Source: an uncultured Verrucomicrobiae bacterium
Lineage (GTDB): Bacteria; Verrucomicrobiota; Verrucomicrobiia; Chthoniobacterales; JAATET01
Assembly: GCA_963719495.1 (NCBI GenBank)
Contig: CAVRCI010000002.1
Location: 416,001 to 480,000, forward strand
Reading direction: 5' to 3'
Length of the DNA: 64,000 bases
The notes under the pieces are model-generated. The model made no database searches, was not told the DNA's origin, and was given only the letters and a program-made list of their open reading frames with translations. How positions within the stretch are numbered: the stretch's first letter is position 1; each line of letters starts with the position of its first letter. Positions 9,447 to 19,781 of the stretch are shown here, piece after piece. The position numbers were made by a program, and so were the translations under genes.

Positions 9447-10544
9447 TCAGGCCAGATCGTCGAACGTCTTGAGAGCAAACGCGACCACTTGGTCCATGTT
9501 GTAATACTTGTATTGCGCGAGTCGCCCAACGAAGTGGACGTTTGGCTCGGCGGCTGCGAGGGATTGGTATTTCTCGAATTGCCGCTGACAGTCGGGCGCT
9601 GGGATCGGGTAGTAGGCTTCCCGGCCTACCGTGTATTCCTCCGGGAATTCGCGGACGATGGTGGTGTTGGGAGCCCGCTGGCCGGTGGCGTGCTTGATCT
9701 CGACGATGCGGGTGAAGTCGTGGTCGTTCGGGTAGTTGATCTGCATCGCGGATTGGAAAAATTCGACCGGGAGGGATTCGCGCTCGAATCGCAGGGACCG
9801 ATAGGGAAGGGGGCCGAACCGAAAATCGAAATACTCGTCGATCATCCCGGTGAAGATCAGGGAATCGAACGAGAATTGGTCCAGGGCCGAGCGGAAATCG
9901 AGGCCGAGTTCGACGGTGATGAGCGGGTGGTCGAGGAGTCGGCGGAAGAGTGCCGTGTAACCTTCCTTCGGGAGGGCTTGGAAGCGCTCGGAAAGATACC
10001 GATCGTCGCGATTGAAGCGAAGCGGGATGCGGCCGCACACCGAGGCGTCGAGATCGCGCGGGTGCCGGTTCCATTGTTTCAAGGTGTAACCTTCGAAGAA
10101 CATCTCGTAGAGCGGGCGGCCCACTTGCGAAAGGATGACCTCCTCGGAATTCGTTGGATTGGGAATGTCCATCCGCCAACCGGCCAGGGTCGACTCCATT
10201 TCTTCCGGCGTCGAATGATGACCGACGAATTGCTCGAACGTATTGAGATTGATCGGGAAGTTCCACAGGCGGCCGTGCGTGTTGGAGAGGATGCGGTAAT
10301 CAACCGGATGCCAGTCGGTGAACTGGCTGAGATAATCGATGATCTTCTGTGAGTTCGTCCGAAAATAATGCGGTCCGTAGCGGTGAACGAGGATTCCGGA
10401 GGGATCGAATTCGTCGTAGGCGTTGCCGCCGATGTGGTCCCGGCGGTCGATGAGTAGACATTTCTTACCGGCGACGCTGGCGAGGCGTTCGGCGAGGACG
10501 GCACCGGCGAACCCGGCTCCGACGATGAGGTGGTCGAAATGCAC
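9447..10544 (-). CDS. glf: UDP-galactopyranose mutase (start reassigned to GTG 10544)
   Basis: IVGAGFAG, HIGGNAYD, HRYGPHYF, LPYRSL, TRIVEIKH, GRLAQYKYYNMDQ. Confidence 0.95.
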   Translation of the reverse strand: MHFDHLIVGAGFAGAVLAERLASVAGKKCLLIDRRDHIGGNAYDEFDPSGILVHRYGPHYFRTNSQKIIDYLSQFTDWHPVDYRILSNTHGRLWNFPINLNTFEQFVGHHSTPEEMESTLAGWRMDIPNPTNSEEVILSQVGRPLYEMFFEGYTLKQWNRHPRDLDASVCGRIPLRFNRDDRYLSERFQALPKEGYTALFRRLLDHPLITVELGLDFRSALDQFSFDSLIFTGMIDEYFDFRFGPLPYRSLRFERESLPVEFFQSAMQINYPNDHDFTRIVEIKHATGQRAPNTTIVREFPEEYTVGREAYYPIPAPDCQRQFEKYQSLAAAEPNVHFVGRLAQYKYYNMDQVVAFALKTFDDLA

Positions 10545-10557
10545 GTTCAGTGTGGGA

Positions 10558-11280
10558 TCACGAGATCGATTGGAGATGCGTGCGCAGTTCGAGCGCTTTG
10601 CTGCCGAAGCTGCTGAGAGCCACGTGGGGCTCGCCACCGTAACGCTCACGAAACCGGATCGGAACGTAACCGTGGCGAACATCGGAAGCCCGCCCGAGCA
10701 GGACAGCGAGGCCGATATTCACGAGAGAAAACGACGCGGGCATCCGGTCGATCTCGGGTTGGAGCGCGGTCGTTCGCATCAAACGATATGGGACGTTTGC
10801 GTCGCGACAATTCACGCGGGTCGTGGCGAGCAGGAAAATTCTTAGCACGAGGCTGGCGACGACGCGCTTGAAGCCGTCGTCACGATGTTTGCGGACGCCG
10901 TAGATGACATCAAAGGCTTCCCGTTCCCGCCAGAATTTGAAGAAATATTGCGGATCGCACTGACCGTCGGAATCGATTTGGAGGATGTGGCGCGCGCCCC
11001 GTTCGGCGGCCATTCGGTAACCGTGCAGGCAGGCTTGTCCGTGCCCGGCGTTTTTTTGCGTGACGACCTGAAGCCGGGTTCCGATGGCTTGCTGAAGCCG
11101 CTCGAGGATCTCCAAGGTCCCGTCGGTGGAACCGTCGTTGATCACCAGAATTTGGAAATCTTCGGTCCACCCCGCGATCTCCTCGTTCCACTCGATGATG
11201 ACCTTCCGGATGGACGCGTGCTCGTTGTAAACCGGGATGACGACGGTGAGCTGAGGCTGGGTGGACGGATCGGCCTGCAT
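10558..11280 (-). CDS. GT2 glycosyltransferase, polyprenol-phosphate sugar synthase (DPM-like)
   Basis: VIPVYNE, NDGSTD, NAGHG, IDSDGQ, DANVPYRL. Confidence 0.88.
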   Translation of the reverse strand: MQADPSTQPQLTVVIPVYNEHASIRKVIIEWNEEIAGWTEDFQILVINDGSTDGTLEILERLQQAIGTRLQVVTQKNAGHGQACLHGYRMAAERGARHILQIDSDGQCDPQYFFKFWREREAFDVIYGVRKHRDDGFKRVVASLVLRIFLLATTRVNCRDANVPYRLMRTTALQPEIDRMPASFSLVNIGLAVLLGRASDVRHGYVPIRFRERYGGEPHVALSSFGSKALELRTHLQSIS

Positions 11281-11411
11281 GAGAAAAGGGTGCCGATATC
11301 AACATTTGACGCGGGGATGTCGATCCCTAATCCCGGATCGGCGATGGGCTGGCTAACGAGGGAGCGGGCGAGCCGAAGAGCCGTTGATCCTGATTGGCGA
11401 AGGCCCGCTTT

Positions 11412-12527
11412 TCAGCGGGTGAGATGGCTTATGGCGACTTGTTCGTAGACGGCGAGCGTCCGTTCGGCAATTTTTCGCCACGCGTATTTTTCCCGGAGGC
11501 GAGCGGCGAGTTCGCGAGCGGTGTCGGGCGACATCGAGAGAACGGCAGCGACCGCCGACTCGAAAGAATCCGGATCGGCGTGAGAGAATCCGCCGATCGC
11601 CGGATGATCGAGAATTTCCGCCGTCGCGGTTTCTTCGACGAATACGACGGGGGTGCCGACGAACGTAGCTTCCAAGGCCGGGAGGCCGAATCCCTCGATC
11701 TCGGAGGGAAATATCAGGGCGCGGGCGGAGGCGAATGTCTCAAGGAGTTCGGAGGTGGTCGGGATGGTCTGGCTCTGAACGTTGCGACAGCTCGATGCCA
11801 GCATCTTTTGGTGGGGAGTGAGATCGCCGACGAGGAGCAGTCCGGGGTGGTCGGGGTGTCGGGTTTCGAACAATCGCCAGAGTTCCAGCAAGCGGTCGAT
11901 TTTTTTGTGGGGAAGCGGCGAGGCCAGAGCGACGACTTGGTTCGTCTGTTTCGCGGTGCGATTGGTGGCCACCGGATCATCGAAACACCCTTGGTAAGTT
12001 ACGGTAATGGGGGGCGGGCGGATGGCGAACCGGTCGCAGAAGGACAGGATTGCCCGACGTGAAAATTCCGAGACGGTGATCACGTGGTCGGAGCGAGCGA
12101 TCGAGTAGCGAAGCAGGTGCGACCAGTAGGCACCGGCAGAGCGACTCCGGGCAGCCGGGTAATGGTCGACGTAATGCTGAATGATGGTGTCGTGAATCGT
12201 CGTTACGCGAGGGGTCGACGGCAGGAAGAAAGGGAGAAATCCCTTGGGGTAGTGGCAGAGGGTGGCCGGGGGCAGAAAGGGCCCGTGCAGGTGATCAACG
12301 GCGAGGCGGAGGATCGGCCCGTCGGTAGCGACCGGCAGACATCGAGAGTGGTCGGAACGGGCGGGCGCGGCGGACGACTTCGATGTGAGATAGCGAAGCT
12401 CGACCCGGCTGAGGCGCTCGAGGGCTTCCGCGAGTTGGAGCGAGTAACCGGTGATGCCGCGACTGCGGTCGCGGTGGGGGTTTTGGTCGGCCAGATAGAA
12501 GGCGACGCTCGGCGGCGAGAAGATCAT
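11412..12527 (-). CDS. GT4 glycosyltransferase
   Basis: TIHD, ITVSEFS, PHKK, FPSEIEGFGLPALEA. Confidence 0.9.
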   Translation of the reverse strand: MIFSPPSVAFYLADQNPHRDRSRGITGYSLQLAEALERLSRVELRYLTSKSSAAPARSDHSRCLPVATDGPILRLAVDHLHGPFLPPATLCHYPKGFLPFFLPSTPRVTTIHDTIIQHYVDHYPAARSRSAGAYWSHLLRYSIARSDHVITVSEFSRRAILSFCDRFAIRPPPITVTYQGCFDDPVATNRTAKQTNQVVALASPLPHKKIDRLLELWRLFETRHPDHPGLLLVGDLTPHQKMLASSCRNVQSQTIPTTSELLETFASARALIFPSEIEGFGLPALEATFVGTPVVFVEETATAEILDHPAIGGFSHADPDSFESAVAAVLSMSPDTARELAARLREKYAWRKIAERTLAVYEQVAISHLTR

Positions 12528-13585
12528 CGCGTGGATTCGCGGTAGACTTCAACCGTTTCGGCGGCGCAGCGATCCCAAGTGAATCGCCGGGCGTTGATCA
12601 AGCCGCGCTCGATGAGTTCGTGGCGAAGGGCTTCGTCCGACAGAATTCGTTTCATCGCGGTAACGTATTCCCGAGGCGTGGGATCGGCGAAAAGCACCGC
12701 GTCGCCGGCGACTTCTGGGAGGCTAGCGACGGGCGAGCAGATGACCGGGGTGCAGAGGCTTTGGGATTCGACGATGGGAAGGCCGAACCCCTCGTATCTC
12801 GTCGGGAAGAGCAGTGCCCTCGCACGGCCGAGAAGCGTGAACGTGACGTCGTCGGTTTGGTGACCGAGGAATAGCCAGCTGGCGGGCGGCGAAAGGGTCT
12901 CACCGACGCCCTGCCACCGGGTGCCCACGACGATGAGCGGCGGGAGCGCGATCTGGTTGGACTCGGCGTGGCGGTAGGCATCGAGGAGGAGCGCGAGGTT
13001 TTTGCCGGGTTCCAACGATCCGATGAAAAGGAAGAACTCGTCGGGTGTCCCGGGGGGGAGGGCGACGTCCATCGGCGGGGCGGCGACGGCTCCGCCGTTC
13101 GGCACGACTTCGATCCTGCTGGCGGGAAGACTCAATAATTCCATCGCTTCGTCCGCTGTGAAACGGCTGATGCAGATGATCCGATGGGCACCGTGGGTGC
13201 GGGCAAGAATGTGATTGGCAAGGGCTCGCTGCCAGGCTCGATACCGCCGGGGGAAGCGGACGGCCGCGAGGTCGTGAATGGTCAACACCTCCCGCGTTCG
13301 ACCGGCGGGCACCCGGATCATCCGGGCGTGAGTGTGGTGCACGATGTCGGGCCGGAGCTGGCGCAGGCGGGCTGGCGCGACCAGTGGTCCCCAGATGAGC
13401 TCGCGGAATCCGGTCTTGATGGCTCGCGCTGGTTGGCGATAACCGAAATTATCCACCTCCCACGCGACGGACGTGATGTTGACGGATGGGGCGACTATCG
13501 GGATCGCGGCGGTCAGCTCGCGAACGTAGCGGGCAACGCCGGCACGGGCGGTGTGAAGCGGGCAGGTGTCGATCGCGACGTTCAT
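12524..13585 (-). CDS. GT4 glycosyltransferase
   Basis: TIHDL, GSLEPGKN, FPTRYEGFGLPIVES, SLPEVAG. Confidence 0.92.
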   Translation of the reverse strand: MNVAIDTCPLHTARAGVARYVRELTAAIPIVAPSVNITSVAWEVDNFGYRQPARAIKTGFRELIWGPLVAPARLRQLRPDIVHHTHARMIRVPAGRTREVLTIHDLAAVRFPRRYRAWQRALANHILARTHGAHRIICISRFTADEAMELLSLPASRIEVVPNGGAVAAPPMDVALPPGTPDEFFLFIGSLEPGKNLALLLDAYRHAESNQIALPPLIVVGTRWQGVGETLSPPASWLFLGHQTDDVTFTLLGRARALLFPTRYEGFGLPIVESQSLCTPVICSPVASLPEVAGDAVLFADPTPREYVTAMKRILSDEALRHELIERGLINARRFTWDRCAAETVEVYRESTR

Positions 13586-13645
13586 ATTCAAATCACCCGG
13601 CTGTTTCCGACGTCGGTTCTTGCAAATCGACCGCGAGCGGACGAA

Positions 13646-15175
13646 TCAAGCCGCGTAGGTGGATTCGGGTTCATCGATCGGCTCGAGATCGTCGCTCACG
13701 GGGCCACCCCCGATTTCCTCGCGATAGGCTAGGTCGGATTGGTAGAAGGATTCGACGAAGGCCAAGGTACAGAAGATCGACGAGTAGGTCCCGATGACGT
13801 CCCCGTAGAGAGTCACGTAAGTAAGCGCCTGCACGGCGAAGTAGGCGAAGAAGAGCAGGTGGAACTTCTTGAGTTCCGGGTCGGCCCACTCGATTCGCTG
13901 AATTCGCGTGTGCCGGATGAAGAAACTGACGAGGACTCCGATGCCCGTCACGTAGCCGCCGACGCCGAGGCCCAGCAGGAGGCTGAGGTGGCCGTTGTGG
14001 TAAGCGGAGGCGACCAGAGCCCAAGCGATATCGTCGGAAAATTGATACCACATCAGACGTTCGAGCTCGACCCCGGTAAAAACGAAGCCCTTCCCGATGA
14101 GCCAATGGTCGGGGAGTGTTTTAAGGGCTTCTCCCCACAGGAGAATTCGCCAACTGACGCTGTCGGCCGCGTTCTCCGCCGCCATGGCATCGAGATCGAG
14201 GAAGGGTAGGAAGCTGACCGCCCGCTGCACGCCGCCCGGAAGGTAACGGGCGAAGACGAACAGGAAGAGGTAGCCGAGCATCGCCGCGGCGAAGAACTGC
14301 AGGACAACTTTGCGATCCAACGTTCTGGTCTGCCAAAGAATGAAGAGCGCCACCAAGCCGATCTGAAGGGTGAAGACCCGGCCGCCACTCGGGAGCGAGA
14401 TCAGCACCGCAAGTCCGGCCAGGAACAAAAACCACGTCCGATGGGCGACGTAGTTGTTCTGGATATCCATCCGTGAATAGCAGGCAAGGAGGCAGGCGAG
14501 CGCGAGTGGCGACAGGCTGTAGATGCGCACCACACCGATGTCGGAGCGCATCGCGACTTCGGACATGCCGATCTGCGAAGAAGTCTGAATGAAATTCGCC
14601 ACGAAATTCGTCAGCATTCCGAGCGTGGCGAGAACGTCGGCGATGGCAGGGAAAATTGCGAACGCCGCGAGGAAAAAAAGGACGACCCTCCAGGTCCGGG
14701 TCGTCAGGGGGATTGCCGGCGCGGCGAGCAGGAATCCTGCTGAGAGGAAAAGCTGAACGTAGGAAAAACCTCCCCAGGCCGAGCTTCCAAAGATCTTCAA
14801 GCCAATCCCGTGAACGGCAATCACGGGGATAAAACTCGCCACGAAAAGTAGCAGCCACGTGTGGGACGAGGACCAGGTGAACGAAGAAGAGACTTTGAAC
14901 GTGATCCGACCCAGGACGGCTGCCAGAAGAATGATGACCAATCCGTAGAAGATGGTCAGTTTGGCACCCGTCCCCGGAATCAGGAATCCCGAGAGCCAGA
15001 CGGAAAACGTGAGCGCCGCCAGCGTCTGGGACAGCAGCAGAAGTGGAAGGCAGATCGTGACGCCCGCGATGACCGCGAGACGCAGGTAATCGCCATCGCT
15101 GATCGCCATCGCGATCAGCGGAATGATCACAACGCAGCAGACCGTGGTGAAGAGGATGGCGAAAATGCGATTCAC
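13646..15175 (-). CDS. O-antigen ligase-like / Wzy polymerase membrane protein
   Basis: Many TM segments; SGGR, S..WR..LW..AL, IGKG, YHNG motif of Wzy_C type. Confidence 0.78.
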   Translation of the reverse strand: MNRIFAILFTTVCCVVIIPLIAMAISDGDYLRLAVIAGVTICLPLLLLSQTLAALTFSVWLSGFLIPGTGAKLTIFYGLVIILLAAVLGRITFKVSSSFTWSSSHTWLLLFVASFIPVIAVHGIGLKIFGSSAWGGFSYVQLFLSAGFLLAAPAIPLTTRTWRVVLFFLAAFAIFPAIADVLATLGMLTNFVANFIQTSSQIGMSEVAMRSDIGVVRIYSLSPLALACLLACYSRMDIQNNYVAHRTWFLFLAGLAVLISLPSGGRVFTLQIGLVALFILWQTRTLDRKVVLQFFAAAMLGYLFLFVFARYLPGGVQRAVSFLPFLDLDAMAAENAADSVSWRILLWGEALKTLPDHWLIGKGFVFTGVELERLMWYQFSDDIAWALVASAYHNGHLSLLLGLGVGGYVTGIGVLVSFFIRHTRIQRIEWADPELKKFHLLFFAYFAVQALTYVTLYGDVIGTYSSIFCTLAFVESFYQSDLAYREEIGGGPVSDDLEPIDEPESTYAA

Positions 15176-15254
15176 GAGATAATTGGCTGATCGATGGGAA
15201 GTCGCGACGGACTTCGAGTGTCCGACCGACGTTTGGAGTGGCGATCCGATCCAA

Positions 15255-16307
15255 TCATTGGACGGAAGCCGGTCGGTTCGTTGTGGGTGGTGCGGGGAGG
15301 CGGCGAGGACGGAGGAATCGTGCGAGGGCTCGCACTCCTTTGATCATGGGAACGGGGATAAGGATGAAGGGAAGCAGGTGGGTGTAGAACTCCGGAGTCC
15401 GGCCGTAAGCGCGGAAGACGCGAGGAACGATACCCCAGAACTCTCGCAACGAAAGATTCTGATGCATCGTCCACACCCGGGGCCGGATGTGCATCCGGCA
15501 AATCTTTCGATGGAAGCGCCGCGTCGTGTCGGATTCTTCGCCGAAAAGCGCGACCGCGATTTCGTGGTAACCCTCAATGTCGAGTTCCATCCGGCGGATC
15601 TCGCCTTCGACGAGAAACGAGTCGTTGCCGGCGCGGTAGGCGATGGCAACTTCGTCGCGGTAGGCCCAGGCGGGGCTCGACCGCATCATTCGACCGAAGA
15701 TGTAAACGTGGACATAGGCGTTGAAGAATGGCGAGGGGTCGAACTGCGCAATGGCTTCGAGCCACGCCGACCGACGGAAAATGTGCCCGGTGAGGAAGCC
15801 GAAATATTCACCAACACTCAGAAACGTCTCTTCGGCTGTCTCGAACCGCGTGACGACGTCGTGGTGAGGAAACGAGCCGCCGATCGTGGCGAGGGATTCG
15901 GTGAGGGAAAAATTGCAGGTGAGCGCGGGAAAGCTGAGGCCCGATATGCCGGGATGAACGTCGAAAACATCCAGGAGCGGGTCGACCGGAGAGATCAACT
16001 GATCGTCGCTCCCGAAGAGCCAGCAGTAATCGCCGCTGGCCAACGAGACGGCTTGCAGGAAATTTCGATCCGCGCCGACGTTTTCGTCGAACCGGTGGTA
16101 GACGATGGGGCGCTGGGCTCGAAGACGTTCGACGACCTGCCGGGTCTCGTCCGCCGAGGCGTTGTCGCTGACGACGATCTCGACCGTTGCATCGGTGCGA
16201 TCGAGGATGCTTTGGATGGTTTGCCCGATGTAGGCTCCGCGATTGTAGGTCGGAATGCAGATGCTTAACCGGGGCGGGGTAATTGGCGATGGGACGGGCG
16301 GGCTCAC
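15255..16307 (-). CDS. GT2 glycosyltransferase, dideoxyhexosyltransferase (RfbV-like); start GTG 16307 overlaps upstream TGA
   Basis: LSICIPTYNR, VSDNASAD, NVGADRN, YCWLFGSDD; paralog of 16304-17317. Confidence 0.85.
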   Translation of the reverse strand: MSPPVPSPITPPRLSICIPTYNRGAYIGQTIQSILDRTDATVEIVVSDNASADETRQVVERLRAQRPIVYHRFDENVGADRNFLQAVSLASGDYCWLFGSDDQLISPVDPLLDVFDVHPGISGLSFPALTCNFSLTESLATIGGSFPHHDVVTRFETAEETFLSVGEYFGFLTGHIFRRSAWLEAIAQFDPSPFFNAYVHVYIFGRMMRSSPAWAYRDEVAIAYRAGNDSFLVEGEIRRMELDIEGYHEIAVALFGEESDTTRRFHRKICRMHIRPRVWTMHQNLSLREFWGIVPRVFRAYGRTPEFYTHLLPFILIPVPMIKGVRALARFLRPRRLPAPPTTNRPASVQ

Positions 16308-17317
16308 TGAGCGGGAGCCTTCTGAAGAAGGGGTTTGACGGTCCGCTGGTAAACGAAATCGGCCACGCGGAGCACGGGACGCGGCGCGATCAGCCAGGGC
16401 AGAAGCCGGGCGTAGAACGCCGGGAATCGCCAGTAGTAGCGCAGAAGCATCCGGCGCGCGGCCCGATGGTATCCGGGATCGACGGGGTGAAACGCCGCAA
16501 ACCGGAGCGCGGCCTGGCAGGGCACGGCGCACACGCGCCGATCGATCGCGCGCACTTCCGCCGAATTCTCTCCGAAGAGGCCGGCGGCGACTTGGTGGTA
16601 GCCGACGACGTCGATCTCGAGGCGGCGGAAGAAACCGGACGCCAGAAAGGAGTCGTTGCCCGACCGCCATCCCACCACCGGATCGGCCAGACCCAGCCAG
16701 CTCGGGTGGGATTGCAGCATTCGCCCGATCACGTAGACGTGGACGTAGGCGTTCAGGTAGTCGCCGAGCTCGTTGTCGCGGCACGCGTCGAGCCATCGAC
16801 GTCGATGGACGACCTGGGCGGAGAGGTAGCCGAAGTAATCGCCGACTGCCCGAAAACACTCCGACGCGGATTCAAAGTGTCGATTCTCGAACCAGGGTTC
16901 GATCCCGGGGGCTGGCTCCTCGAGCGTGCGGGTCAAATCGAACGAAAGTCCATGACGGTTGCACGAGATGCCGGAGAGTCCGGGGGTGGCCGCGAGCGCC
17001 GACCGGATCGTGGCGATCGAATCGGGAAGGCAGACGTCGTCACTGCCCAAGAGCCAACAGTAGTCGGTTGTGGCGAGCTCGACGACCTTGAGGTAGTTGC
17101 GATCCGGGCCGATGTTCTCCGGGGATCGGTGAACGATCAGGCTCGCGAACCGGTCGCGGAAGCTCTCGACGACGGCCACCGTGTCGTCCGTCGAGGCGTT
17201 GTCCGAGACGACGACCTCGACGTCCGACGTCTGCCGCGCGATGCTCTCGAGCGCCTCGCCGATGAACGCCGCCCGGTTGTAAGCGGGGATGCAGATGGAC
17301 AACGTCGGTGGGATCAT
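16304..17317 (-). CDS. GT2 glycosyltransferase, dideoxyhexosyltransferase (RfbV-like); start ATG 17317
   Basis: LSICIPAYNR, VSDNASTD, NIGPDRN, YCWLLGSDD; ATGA overlap with flippase. Confidence 0.85.
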   Translation of the reverse strand: MIPPTLSICIPAYNRAAFIGEALESIARQTSDVEVVVSDNASTDDTVAVVESFRDRFASLIVHRSPENIGPDRNYLKVVELATTDYCWLLGSDDVCLPDSIATIRSALAATPGLSGISCNRHGLSFDLTRTLEEPAPGIEPWFENRHFESASECFRAVGDYFGYLSAQVVHRRRWLDACRDNELGDYLNAYVHVYVIGRMLQSHPSWLGLADPVVGWRSGNDSFLASGFFRRLEIDVVGYHQVAAGLFGENSAEVRAIDRRVCAVPCQAALRFAAFHPVDPGYHRAARRMLLRYYWRFPAFYARLLPWLIAPRPVLRVADFVYQRTVKPLLQKAPAQ

Positions 17318-18636
17318 GGCGTCAAAGGTGACGGTCTTGTGTCTCGCGTTTTCCGAATCCGGGCAAACACAGAATGCGGCAAAAACCAGGCGGTCGTCAG
17401 AAGGAAGGACGCCGTGAGCGCGAGGGTGACTCCCATTTCCCGATAGATCGGGACGAGGACGAGTTGGAGGCCCAGAGAGATCGCGGCTTGGAACGGGACG
17501 GCGACGTAAAGTGGGGTGAGAACATTCTGACTGGTGAGCACGCAGGCGAACGTGTCGGTCCAGATACGGAGAAGCAGGTAGGCGGCGTAGGAAATGACGA
17601 AGGCGGTGCCAGGATGGGCGTTGGTCCCGGGAGCGAGGATGTCGAAGATGGCGGCGGAATATCCCAAGAGGACGACCGTGGCGACCACGACGACCACGAT
17701 CCCGAACGCCACGTTCAGTCGCAGGAGTCGAAATGCGCCGGTCCATTCGTTGCGGGCGGCAGCCTGGGTGATCGACGGCGCGATGGCCAGGAGCACCGCG
17801 TTGAAGACGAAGAAGACGAGCGTGAAAATCTTCGCCGTCACGGAATAGGTGATGATTTCGTTGGCGGCGAGCGATTGAGAAATGACCAGGTAATCGATGC
17901 TGAGGACCGCATTGGCCATTGCGGCAAAACCCCAGTGCTTGAGTCCCTGACGGACGAGATGGTCGTAGGCCGATTCCCCGCCATCGACCGCAGCGCGGGC
18001 GGGTCGGCGTCGGAACAATCGGGCGCAGTATCCGACGCAGAAGAGCACCCCGAGCGGGACGAAGAAACAGCCGCACGCCAAGGGAAGCCGGGCGGTGTCG
18101 GGGACGGCTTCGTGGCTGAGCACGTAGGCGACCAGGCCGGATGTCGTCGCCACGGCGGGCAGGACATTGGCGTAATAGCCACGGTTCTCGGCGAACCAGA
18201 CCCCGCTGATGAGCCCGAAGACCGACTGCGCGATGAATCCGAGCGAAGTAATTAGAAATGCGGCGGTGAGGGTCTCGCGGGAGCTTTGGGTGAATTTTCC
18301 GAGTAAGGCCTCGGCCAGCGGGGCCGCAAAAACCACGAGCCCGACCGTTGCCACGACAGCTGGAAGCAGGGCAGCGAGAAACCCGCGGCGAACGAGGAAG
18401 GAATATTCCGCACCGTGCGCGATTCGGTAGGCAACGGCATTTTGCAACGCGGCGCCGAATCCGAACTGGACCAGACCGATCCAAGGGGCCAGACCGGCGA
18501 GCACGGCCCAGGCGGCGTAACCTTCTTCCCCGAGCGAGGAAATCAGGATCGGCGTCGAGACGAGCGCGACGCTTGAGGTGACAATACGCGCGATCCAGGA
18601 AGAGGAGGCGACCAGCGCGATGCGCGAACGATTCAC
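17314..18636 (-). CDS. wzx: Wzx-type polysaccharide flippase (start about GTG 18636)
   Basis: About 12 TMs; LG.EGYA.W and FGFGAALQN N-terminal motif; position within rfb cluster. Confidence 0.8.
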   Translation of the reverse strand: MNRSRIALVASSSWIARIVTSSVALVSTPILISSLGEEGYAAWAVLAGLAPWIGLVQFGFGAALQNAVAYRIAHGAEYSFLVRRGFLAALLPAVVATVGLVVFAAPLAEALLGKFTQSSRETLTAAFLITSLGFIAQSVFGLISGVWFAENRGYYANVLPAVATTSGLVAYVLSHEAVPDTARLPLACGCFFVPLGVLFCVGYCARLFRRRPARAAVDGGESAYDHLVRQGLKHWGFAAMANAVLSIDYLVISQSLAANEIITYSVTAKIFTLVFFVFNAVLLAIAPSITQAAARNEWTGAFRLLRLNVAFGIVVVVVATVVLLGYSAAIFDILAPGTNAHPGTAFVISYAAYLLLRIWTDTFACVLTSQNVLTPLYVAVPFQAAISLGLQLVLVPIYREMGVTLALTASFLLTTAWFLPHSVFARIRKTRDTRPSPLTP

Positions 18637-18716
18637 GAATGGAGCGGTGGGCTGGAGCGGTCGGCTGGTTGTGATGGTTCCGAAGTCGGCAATTGGGCCT
18701 TGGGGAGCGGAGGTCG

Positions 18717-19781
18717 CTACGCTCCCTCGGCTTCGGTGGCCAATTGCCGAGCCCAGTCGAGCATGCGATCCAAGCCTTGGTTGGTCGTCACCCGCGGGGA
18801 CCAATCGAGGAGCGATTTTGCCTTGGCGACGGCGGCCACGAAGAAATCCTGATCGCTCTGGCGGCGAGGGAGCTTTTCGTATTGGAGGGCGTCGAGGCCG
18901 ACTTTGTCGGCGAGGATGGCGAGGAGTTCGAGGAGACTCAGGCTGTTCGCGGTTCCGCCGCCGATGTTGAAGATCTGGCCGCTGGCCTGGTCGCGGTGGT
19001 CGTAGGCGGCGCGGTAGAGGGCAACAAGATCGTCGGCGTGGAGGACGTCGCGGACCTGCTTGCCGGAACCGGAGATGGTGAACGGCTCGATGACTCTACC
19101 CTCCGCCGCCGCGTTGGATTGCTCGATGGCCTTCTGGCAGAACCAGCCGATCCAGCCCTGATCGAACGAGGCGAATTGGCGGCCGCCATAGATAGACGAA
19201 TGGCGAAAGACGACTGTCGAGAGGCCGTAGACGCGCGACCAATCGCGGACGTATTGGTCGGCGGAACCCTTCGAGCATCCGTAGGGCGTCGAGAAGTCGA
19301 GCGGCAAAGTCTCGGGGATGCCTCCGGGGAAGGCGGGTAGCGTGTATCGGGTGGGGGTCTCGAAGTAATCGAGGTGCTCGAGGTCGCCGTAGACTTTGTT
19401 GGTCGAGCTGTAAGCGACGAGCGCGCGGGGGCTGAATCGGCGGGTGGCCTCGAGGACGTTGAACGTGCCGAGGATGTTCGTCATCAGATCGCGGCGGGGA
19501 TCCTCAAGGGACGTGGTCATGGCGACCTGACCGGCGACGTGGCAGATGAAATCGAAGGGGCCGTGCTCCTCGAAGATCTCGTCGACGAGGGCGGGCTCGG
19601 CGATGTCCATTTCGTGGAAGTGGAGGGTGCCGGTGGCCCGGGATTGGAGCCACTCGAGGTTGGCGTGGGTGCCTTGACGGAAAAGGGCGTCGGCGATGAC
19701 GACTTCCTCGCCGCGGTCGAGGTGGGAGGCAGCGAGGTTGGAGCCAAGGAAGCCACAGCCTCCGGTAATCAAAATTTTCAT
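18717..19781 (-). CDS. rfbE: CDP-paratose 2-epimerase (tyvelose epimerase); start ATG 19781
   Basis: ITGGCGFLGSNLA, AGQVAMTTS, SSTNKVYGD, PYGCSKG, DQGWIGWF, GKQVRD. Confidence 0.92.
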   Translation of the reverse strand: MKILITGGCGFLGSNLAASHLDRGEEVVIADALFRQGTHANLEWLQSRATGTLHFHEMDIAEPALVDEIFEEHGPFDFICHVAGQVAMTTSLEDPRRDLMTNILGTFNVLEATRRFSPRALVAYSSTNKVYGDLEHLDYFETPTRYTLPAFPGGIPETLPLDFSTPYGCSKGSADQYVRDWSRVYGLSTVVFRHSSIYGGRQFASFDQGWIGWFCQKAIEQSNAAAEGRVIEPFTISGSGKQVRDVLHADDLVALYRAAYDHRDQASGQIFNIGGGTANSLSLLELLAILADKVGLDALQYEKLPRRQSDQDFFVAAVAKAKSLLDWSPRVTTNQGLDRMLDWARQLATEAEGA

